Shown in pieces: positions 57,248 to 64,000 of a stretch of 64,000 nucleotides of DNA. Numbering within the stretch: position 1 is the stretch's first letter; each line of letters starts with the position of its first letter. The translations under genes were made by a program, and so were the position numbers. The notes beneath the pieces were generated by a model that saw only the letters and a program-made list of their open reading frames with translations, searched no databases and was not told the origin of the DNA. The DNA lies in NCBI GenBank assembly GCA_964489695.1, contig CAZAZP010000003.1, positions 884 through 64,883 of the forward strand, read 5' to 3'. The stretch is from an uncultured Erysipelotrichaceae bacterium (GTDB taxonomy: Bacteria; Bacillota_I; Bacilli_A; Erysipelotrichales; Erysipelotrichaceae).

Positions 57248-58954
57248 CTATTTATTATTACTAAATCCTTCTTTTTCAATTTGAACAATTGCTATTCTTT
57301 GTTGATTTAGCGACGTAATCTTAACTTCCTTAACGTCATTTGGTATATAAATTGTTTCCATATAATGAATCTCAAAGTCGTTAAATATATTTTCAGGTGA
57401 ACAAATTATAGCACTTTCTCCTTCAACTAATACGATAATCTGCATCTGAGATGAATTTTTAATCATCAATTCATTATTAAACCAGTGTTTATTTACATTC
57501 ATTGGACAATAACTCATAGTTCCTATTCTATCAGAATAAATTTCTTGTTCTTTATTATCTAATACTTCTCTTGAGAACAAATTCGCCTTGACCCATGGTG
57601 CTGAGAAATTCTCTTGAATTACTTTTTCACCCAAGTCGATATCTATTTGTCGTGGTTTACCATTTGCATCAACACGACCCCAATCCCAGAGCTTGAAAGT
57701 AGTTGTTGATGAAGAATCAATTTCTAAGCAAACGGATTCTTTACAAAACGCATGAACAACTCCACCAGGTAAATAAATGTAATCAAATTTTTCCACATCA
57801 TAGCTATTAACATAGTTAGCAACTTCAAATTTATTCTTTATTTGTGCAGTCTTTAAAGCACTAGAAAATTCTCTAAGCTTTAAATCTTCTTTCAATCCAA
57901 GCAATACTTTCGATTGCTCTGTTGTTTCAATATAATAATATCCTTCATGATGTCCAAAAGGATAATTCATTTGGTTTTGATTATATTCAGCTGTAGGATG
58001 AACTTGTAGACTTGAATTTTCTCCTCCAATAGTATCAACAATTAATAGATGAATTGGCGTTCTACTACCATAAATATAATAATTGCGCTCCCCAAGTAAG
58101 CCTAATGGTTCAATATTAATTATATCTCTACCAGGAATAGACAATATTTCACCATTGATATTAATATTTACATACTGTTCTTCTAAAATTGAAGAAACTA
58201 AAAATGAATATTTTTTATTGGTTTCAGGAGCACCAAGCCTACTTTGGAACCATTTACCGCCCCCCCAAATATTTTCTTGAAAAAGAGGAACGGTCCTAAA
58301 CGGTTGTTTTACTATTTCATTAATTACTTCTTTATAATCAATTATCGAAAGCATTTTATTATCAATAGAAATATCTATGATAAAATCATTTTCACATAAA
58401 TTGTAATGTTTATGTTTTTCAACTAAATGAAAGTCTATATATTTCAGTCGTTTCTCTGTGAGGTATTTATTACTATCAATTAACCTATCCCATGCTTTAT
58501 CGAATGTTGTATTAACATAAATGTTTACAGCATCATTAACGAAGTTTGAAGCACCGGGGCCAAAAATCAATCTTAAACCACTAAACTCTTTTCTTAAGGC
58601 TAATTCAATTTTATTCTGTTCATACATGTCGATAATGTGACCGCTAGCAAATTTTCCATTTACAGGATGATCAGTTAAATAATCTTTGAATTTATTTTCA
58701 ATTTCATTATCTTCTAGGCGATACAAATTTAAATCAATTATCTCGGAAAATTCTATACCATCAGTTATAAATTTAATATCCGCAATATCTATCGATAAAT
58801 ATGAATCTAAAACAAGAGTCTTAAATTCACTTTCCTTTAGTAAGTCATCTATCTTTTCAACAATTGAACTTTTATCTTTATAGATCTTAATGTTAGATAA
58901 AATTTTTACTTCAGGAAAAAAATCATAATTTGGTACAATAGCTCTTTCACTCAT
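57248..58954 (-). CDS. class I mannose-6-phosphate isomerase-like cupin protein with N-terminal extension of about 220 aa of unknown function
   Basis: The C-terminal two-thirds carry PMI type I motifs (SLQVHP, HHEGYYY, GGVVHA, FKLWDWGR). The N-terminal part was not recognised. Confidence 0.7.
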   Translation of the reverse strand: MSERAIVPNYDFFPEVKILSNIKIYKDKSSIVEKIDDLLKESEFKTLVLDSYLSIDIADIKFITDGIEFSEIIDLNLYRLEDNEIENKFKDYLTDHPVNGKFASGHIIDMYEQNKIELALRKEFSGLRLIFGPGASNFVNDAVNIYVNTTFDKAWDRLIDSNKYLTEKRLKYIDFHLVEKHKHYNLCENDFIIDISIDNKMLSIIDYKEVINEIVKQPFRTVPLFQENIWGGGKWFQSRLGAPETNKKYSFLVSSILEEQYVNININGEILSIPGRDIINIEPLGLLGERNYYIYGSRTPIHLLIVDTIGGENSSLQVHPTAEYNQNQMNYPFGHHEGYYYIETTEQSKVLLGLKEDLKLREFSSALKTAQIKNKFEVANYVNSYDVEKFDYIYLPGGVVHAFCKESVCLEIDSSSTTTFKLWDWGRVDANGKPRQIDIDLGEKVIQENFSAPWVKANLFSREVLDNKEQEIYSDRIGTMSYCPMNVNKHWFNNELMIKNSSQMQIIVLVEGESAIICSPENIFNDFEIHYMETIYIPNDVKEVKITSLNQQRIAIVQIEKEGFSNNK

Positions 58955-59903
58955 TCTCAGCTCCTTTATTATTTAAATAATCTTTATAATGTTTCATAAT
59001 TTTCTCATAAACGGACTTCTGGTCAAGCTTGTAGGCTTTACGCAAGAATTCAATACTTCCAACTTGTCCAAATTCTTCATCAATTCCAATTCTTAAAAGT
59101 TTAGTCATTATTTGATTCTCTGCCATAATTTCAGCTACCATGCTTCCAATTCCATTATTCAAACTATGGTTTTCCAAGGTAACCACCATATTTTTGTTTT
59201 GTAGCTCGTTAATAATGCCAGTCTTATCAATAGGTTTAATATTGAATAAGTCAACTACAGCAGTACTTATACCCTCTTCAAACATTTTCTTCGCTACTTC
59301 AATGCTTGTGTATAACATTTCACCACTTGCAATTAATAAAATATCCGTTCCTTCAATAACTTTCTTAATTTTTTCAAGTTCAAATTTATCATGTTTTGAA
59401 TATATTAGTGGCATCTGCTTGCGATTACTACGAATATAATGAATACCTGGCTCATAAATAATACGATTAATCAACCAAGAAAGTTGATTTTCATCAGCAG
59501 GATCATAAATTTTGGAATTTGGAATCATTCTATATAAGGCGATATCTTCAAATGTAGTGTGAGTACCACCGTTATGAGCAGCACAAATACCAGGATCACT
59601 ACCAAATATTTTGATATTTAATCTAGCATAGCCACCAGACAAATAAATCTGATCAAAACATCTCCTGGAGGCAAACGGTGCAAATGTGTGAACTACCGGA
59701 GTCTTTTCTATTAATGATAGTCCAGCGGCTATTCCCATCAAATTGGCTTCAGCAATTCCAACGTTGACGAAATTATCGGGATATATATCATGCATTTTTG
59801 AAAACCTACTAGCTGCACCCAAATCAGCATCCATAACTAAAATATTTTTGTCTTTTTCTACCAAATCAATTAAAGTGCTTATTAAAGCATCTCTCATTTC
59901 CAT
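58947..59903 (-). CDS. transketolase, C-terminal (pyrimidine-binding) subunit
   Basis: GIAEANLMGIAAGL, FASR and the C-terminal domain. About 318 aa, typical of split transketolase subunit B. Confidence 0.9.
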   Translation of the reverse strand: MEMRDALISTLIDLVEKDKNILVMDADLGAASRFSKMHDIYPDNFVNVGIAEANLMGIAAGLSLIEKTPVVHTFAPFASRRCFDQIYLSGGYARLNIKIFGSDPGICAAHNGGTHTTFEDIALYRMIPNSKIYDPADENQLSWLINRIIYEPGIHYIRSNRKQMPLIYSKHDKFELEKIKKVIEGTDILLIASGEMLYTSIEVAKKMFEEGISTAVVDLFNIKPIDKTGIINELQNKNMVVTLENHSLNNGIGSMVAEIMAENQIMTKLLRIGIDEEFGQVGSIEFLRKAYKLDQKSVYEKIMKHYKDYLNNKGAENE

Positions 59904-60748
59904 CCTGTACCTCGAAATGAAATATAATTTTCAAGTCTTTCAATATTTTTATCGATAATTTCAAACTCTGAATCATTAAAGTTCACACTATGATTTGCAT
60001 ATAAATTTTCGAAATATTCAATTCCTTGACCTTTTGTAGTGTCGAGTATGATACTTACCGCTTGGTTATCAATATTGTCAGTTTTTTGCAACGCCTCTAA
60101 AATAGCTACTTCATCATCACCTTTTACTCTTTGAGAGTAAAATCCAAACGAACGCATTTTTTCATTTAAATCGAAAGTATTTATTATTTCTTCGGTGTAA
60201 CCATCCAACTGCTTCTTATTATTGTCGATTATTACTTTTACATTTGACAATTTGTGGTGAGCAATAAATTGAAAAGCTTCCCAACATTGACCTTCATTTA
60301 ATTCACCATCACCAACAATAAGTACAACTTTTTGTTTTGATCTATTCAATTTGAAACCATATCCAATACCAGCTGCTACAGACGTACCTTGGCCTAAAGA
60401 TCCAGTTGTCATATCTACTCCTGGAGTCTTATTACGATCCGGATGAGAAGGCAAATTAGTATTTCCTTCGTTTAAAGTATAAAGTAAATCTTCAGGAAAA
60501 TAGCCAAAATTTGCTAAAGTGGCATATAGTCCTGGGCCACTATGTCCTTTGGAAAGTATCACATAATCACGATTAACACTATCAGGATTTTTTGGATCAA
60601 TATTTAAATACGTAGAATATAAAACGCTTAGCAATTCAACAATCGAAAGTGAACCACCAATATGACCATATCCAATTTTCTTTAACATTTTCAAAATCAA
60701 CAGTCTTATTTTTGCAGACTGGAGTTCTAATTTATCCTTTTCACTCAT
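59894..60748 (-). CDS. transketolase, N-terminal (TPP-binding) subunit
   Basis: GHIGGSLS, SKGH, GDGELNEGQCWEA TPP motif. The ATG at 60748 is preferred over the TTG at 60763. Confidence 0.9.
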   Translation of the reverse strand: MSEKDKLELQSAKIRLLILKMLKKIGYGHIGGSLSIVELLSVLYSTYLNIDPKNPDSVNRDYVILSKGHSGPGLYATLANFGYFPEDLLYTLNEGNTNLPSHPDRNKTPGVDMTTGSLGQGTSVAAGIGYGFKLNRSKQKVVLIVGDGELNEGQCWEAFQFIAHHKLSNVKVIIDNNKKQLDGYTEEIINTFDLNEKMRSFGFYSQRVKGDDEVAILEALQKTDNIDNQAVSIILDTTKGQGIEYFENLYANHSVNFNDSEFEIIDKNIERLENYISFRGTGWK

Positions 60749-61616
60749 TTTTGGGCCATCCAAATTCTTCTAAACAATTTGAAATTTCGTCTTTCAAGTC
60801 ACCAAATTCAATGCCAAAGCTTTTAGCTTTCAAATTCGACATATGAAAATCTCTAAATCTATCACTATATCTATCAAAATTAGGTAATATATTTTTATCT
60901 ATTTGTTCACTACTAAAGCCCATTATTTGTGCAATCTTCTTCGCCGCTTCATATGTATTATAATTATTTTCAGCAGTTATATTATATATACCTTTGGGTA
61001 GATTAGATATTTTGTCAAATTGTTTAGCAAAATTATGTGCATAAGTAAAGCCTCTAATTTCGTTTACGGTAAATTTTGTTGGTATTTCAAAAATAATTGC
61101 TTTTATAATTGGCGTTAAAATATTATAACTGGGTTTAATGGTTGGAAATGGTAGACCAAACATCCATCCAAAACGAATAATTAAATAATCAAAGTCTAAT
61201 TCTTTAATAAATTCTTCACATTCAATTTTATGATTACCGTAAGCTGTAACACTACTTACTGCTTGTGTTTCTGAATGCGGACCCATAATATCTAAACCAT
61301 TATAAATTTGTTCTGAACTTATAAAAATCATTCTTTTATTTTTTTCTTTAACAATTTCAGCAATTTTCTTAGTTGATAAGACATTAACTTTATACGTTAA
61401 ATCCGGATAATCTTCACAAGTCTTTGTATCTGGGATTGCTCCAGCATGTAAAACTAAATCAAAATCAGCGTTATTAAAATATGTACTGACTTTTTCAATA
61501 TCTGACAAATCTAGTTCAGCTTTATCTAAAAGTGTTATTTCATATTTTGTATTATTGAAATAGTTAATTAACGAAGCGATATATCCATGTCCACCAGTAA
61601 TAATCAGTTTTCTCAA
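60741..61616 (-). CDS. NAD(P)-dependent SDR, RmlD-like (sugar-nucleotide reductase/epimerase fold)
   Basis: N-terminal ITGGHGYIAS Rossmann motif, YGNHK catalytic Tyr-x3-Lys. TTG start. Confidence 0.75.
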   Translation of the reverse strand: MRKLIITGGHGYIASLINYFNNTKYEITLLDKAELDLSDIEKVSTYFNNADFDLVLHAGAIPDTKTCEDYPDLTYKVNVLSTKKIAEIVKEKNKRMIFISSEQIYNGLDIMGPHSETQAVSSVTAYGNHKIECEEFIKELDFDYLIIRFGWMFGLPFPTIKPSYNILTPIIKAIIFEIPTKFTVNEIRGFTYAHNFAKQFDKISNLPKGIYNITAENNYNTYEAAKKIAQIMGFSSEQIDKNILPNFDRYSDRFRDFHMSNLKAKSFGIEFGDLKDEISNCLEEFGWPKNE

Positions 61617-61622
61617 AGCACT

Positions 61623-61650
61623 CTACCTTTCTAAAAAAAGCCACTATGTA
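61623..61650. terminator. intrinsic terminator between PTS IID and the SDR gene
   Basis: AGCCACTA-TG-TAGTGGCT flanked by A7 and T5. Confidence 0.65.
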
Positions 61651-61662
61651 GTGGCTTTTTCT

Positions 61663-62460
61663 CTAAAACAATCCTAATAATACTCCCACAACAGAAATAG
61701 CCATTAAAACCAAGATTAAAGATAAAGGTTTAATCTGATATTTTCTACGCATCAACCAAGTAACAAATAAAAGTGTTAATGGTAAAAGTTTTGGAAGAAT
61801 CTCGTCTAAAATTTCTTGAATGCTAACATCTTGAATTACAACTGTAATATTCAGATCAATATATGCCGCTGCAATAGCTCCGAGTGAAATTAGACCTAAA
61901 ATTTTAAACGCATTTTGTAAGCGATATGATTTTTCGCCTAAGAATAAGTCAACTGTTCTCACACCCAATTCATAACCTTTATGGAAAATATAATATGAAA
62001 ACCCAATATTAAATAAAATAGAAAGCGCTATGAAAAGAAGTACTCCAGTAATTTCTCCATTTTTAGACAAAGAAATACCTAAACTTAAAGCTATTGGAGT
62101 TACTAAGCCTTGACTTAATGTATCACCAATACCTGCTAAAGGCCCCATTAAACCAACTTTGACGTCTTGAATTGTATTAGAGCCAATTTCTATTCCATTA
62201 GCATTACTTTCTTCTAATCCAGCAATAATGCCCGGGATTGCAGCGCCAACTACAGGCTCAACATTAAAGACTACTGAATGTCTGTCAAAAGCGGCTTGAG
62301 TAGCAGCTTCATCTCCGGCATATAATTCTTTTATTACAGGAAACATACTGTGTAAGAATCCATAGGTTTGAAACTTAGCAAAATTCATTGAACTTAAATG
62401 ATAGAATGCCCAATTCCAATAACTTCTATTAAGTGTCTTTTTGCTTAATTTTTTTGTCAT
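61663..62460 (-). CDS. PTS mannose/fructose/sorbose-family EIID component
   Basis: N-terminal L.RSYW.W.....S.NFAK.Q..GF pattern and about 265 aa, typical of IID. Confidence 0.9.
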   Translation of the reverse strand: MTKKLSKKTLNRSYWNWAFYHLSSMNFAKFQTYGFLHSMFPVIKELYAGDEAATQAAFDRHSVVFNVEPVVGAAIPGIIAGLEESNANGIEIGSNTIQDVKVGLMGPLAGIGDTLSQGLVTPIALSLGISLSKNGEITGVLLFIALSILFNIGFSYYIFHKGYELGVRTVDLFLGEKSYRLQNAFKILGLISLGAIAAAYIDLNITVVIQDVSIQEILDEILPKLLPLTLLFVTWLMRRKYQIKPLSLILVLMAISVVGVLLGLF

Positions 62461-63245
62461 TATAAAGTCACCTCATCACTTCCATTTGATTTGTCTTTAG
62501 AATTTGAATTTAAATATGTAATGACAGCAAAAATTATTGCAATAATTGCAACGGAAATCATGCTTTGGTTAAAGAAAACTAATAGAATGAATCCAATTAA
62601 AACATAAACCCAATCTGTCATTTCCTTGATTAACATTGAAGCAATAATAACAATTCCTGCTACAGGTAAAATACCACCCATTACTGAAAACATGTCCAAG
62701 ATAATTTCTGGAGCTAAGTTTACTACTGTTGGTATATAATCTACACCATAATATAAAATAATGAAAGCAGGAAAAAATCTCATAATAAACGTAGTTACTT
62801 GAGTTCCTAACACGTGATATTTTAATACACCATTATAGTCAGATTTTGCTGCTGCTTTATCACAAAGTTGAATCCAGAATATATTAATAACAGCAATTGC
62901 ATTAAATACGACTGTCCCTAATAATCCCAATGTAACCGCGATGGCAATCGCTAAATCAACGTCACCACCACTTGCGAGTGCAAGTGGTAAAGCAATATAG
63001 GAAACTGAGACAACGTCAGTCGCTGTTACACCACCCACAATCATCGATCCTAAGTAGATTGTTTGAAGTGCAGCACCAATAATGATTCCACCTTGAATAT
63101 CGTTAAGAATTATCCCAGCGACAAGTCCTGCAACTAATGGCTTTTCAAATACCAAAAACCCTAAATAGTCTCCAACTAGCCAAGGAATCCCTTCCCCACT
63201 TAAATAACAAAATAATGCCAATAAAACGGCTTGAAGAACATTCAT
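62460..63245 (-). CDS. PTS mannose/fructose/sorbose-family EIIC component
   Basis: Polytopic membrane protein of 261 aa immediately upstream of IID, with ATGA-type stop/start overlap. Confidence 0.88.
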   Translation of the reverse strand: MNVLQAVLLALFCYLSGEGIPWLVGDYLGFLVFEKPLVAGLVAGIILNDIQGGIIIGAALQTIYLGSMIVGGVTATDVVSVSYIALPLALASGGDVDLAIAIAVTLGLLGTVVFNAIAVINIFWIQLCDKAAAKSDYNGVLKYHVLGTQVTTFIMRFFPAFIILYYGVDYIPTVVNLAPEIILDMFSVMGGILPVAGIVIIASMLIKEMTDWVYVLIGFILLVFFNQSMISVAIIAIIFAVITYLNSNSKDKSNGSDEVTL

Positions 63246-63373
63246 AATATCCCTTTCTTTAATAATTAATATTCATTCAAAAGCAAAAATATAGATAATT
63301 AGCTTTCTCCTTATAAAACTAATTATCAATCACTAATAAGTTTTATTTATTCACCTCTCTTTCTATATTGAAA

Positions 63374-63405
63374 TTATTCGCAAGTAAATGCAATAATTCG
63401 CAACT
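63374..63405 (-). promoter_or_regulatory. two direct repeats TTGCGAAT(T/A)ATT spaced 20 bp apart upstream of the PTS IIC gene (candidate operator)
   Basis: Minus strand GTTGCGAATTATTGCATTTACTTGCGAATAATTTC. The repeats match at 11 of 12 positions. Confidence 0.3.
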
Positions 63406-63485
63406 TAACCATAGCTTATCATTATTTACTCACAAAGTAAATACTATTTGATGGTAATTTCTTTTAGTTTTTCAAAAAATTGAAA

Positions 63486-63519
63486 TTAAAAACACTTATA
63501 CTTTAGCAGTAGAAGTGTT
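63486..63519 (-). terminator. candidate terminator after the partial PMI gene
   Basis: AACACTT-N15-AAGTGTT followed by TTTAATTTCATTTTTT on the minus strand. Confidence 0.4.
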
Positions 63520-63561
63520 GCTATCTAATTTGATACAATTAATAGATTTAGCTTATCATTT

Positions 63562-64000
63562 TTAGGTAAATGAAAAAAAGAAAACGAAATTACCGCTGCA
63601 ATTCAATTTACGAGACGAAAGTGGAATTAATAGTGTTTCACCTAAATTAACCGCTATCCCATTAATTGAGCCCGATCCTGAAATTATAGTTAAAAATCCC
63701 CAATTTTCAACAACAATTTCGGACGTGCCGGAAATATTATATTCATCCACTGAAAAATATTGACATCTTATTTTCTGAGTATACATATAACTTTCATTAT
63801 TAATTATAGGATTTATTATCGGTTGAATATCTGTTTGGTTAATAGTGATATTTTCTAATGCTTCTTTAACATGCAATTCTCTGGTTGTATTAGTGCTTGT
63901 ATCTATTCTGTTATAATCATATACACGGTAAGTTACATCTAAAGCTTGAGAAATTTCAAATACTAATGAATTACTACCCAATGCGTGCATTACGCCTGCT
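63562..64000 (-). CDS. manA: class I mannose-6-phosphate isomerase, C-terminal part (gene continues beyond the window end)
   Basis: HALGSN.LVFEISQ..DVTYRVYDYNR......RELHV matches the conserved ManA core. The ORF is open to position 64000. Confidence 0.8.
   Translation of the reverse strand, partial: AGVMHALGSNSLVFEISQALDVTYRVYDYNRIDTSTNTTRELHVKEALENITINQTDIQPIINPIINNESYMYTQKIRCQYFSVDEYNISGTSEIVVENWGFLTIISGSGSINGIAVNLGETLLIPLSSRKLNCSGNFVFFFSFT

Overview
This is a 64-kb chromosomal segment from a low-GC Gram-positive organism. T-box leaders, a CIRCE operator, SepF/DivIVA and lipobox lipoproteins point to Bacillota. The standard genetic code applies, with no sign of TGA recoding. I call about 56 protein genes (all but three intact ones on the minus strand), 5 tRNAs and no rRNA or CRISPR. 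The window has three parts. (1) 1-2.1 kb holds a decayed integrative element: an integrase remnant full of stops and a double-HTH gene split by one TAG. Beside it are a GC-rich orphan structured RNA and a tRNA Ile-Ala-Ser cluster. (2) 2.5-48.5 kb is a housekeeping core. It includes nanE, mgtA-like ATPase, ppdK, a T-box-controlled GNAT-valS pair, engB, lon, tig (behind a CIRCE-overlapped promoter), murI, uvrC, mutS2 and cvpA. It continues with rnhC, comEB, rhomboid, rluD, lspA, cca, glpK, msrA, T-box-ileS, divIVA, sepF, hpf, chrA pair, membrane pyrophosphatase and opuC-type transporter. (3) 48.7-64 kb is clearly more AT-rich by eye, about 23-30% GC in sampled lines against about 35-45% in the core. 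It is an accessory block carrying a YesM/YesN-like two-component system and an Fe3+/polyamine-type ABC importer whose binding-protein gene is frameshifted in an A6 tract. It also carries deoC, a DeoR regulator and a mannose-family PTS (IIC, IID, IIB, no IIA seen). The PTS genes are interleaved with an RmlD-like reductase, a split transketolase and a 568-aa PMI-like protein, followed by a second partial PMI gene. This PTS-linked cluster is the best candidate for an undescribed catabolic system, but that is inference from domain content only. No defence system, CRISPR array or intact mobile element was found. All family assignments come from motif recognition by eye, not from searches.
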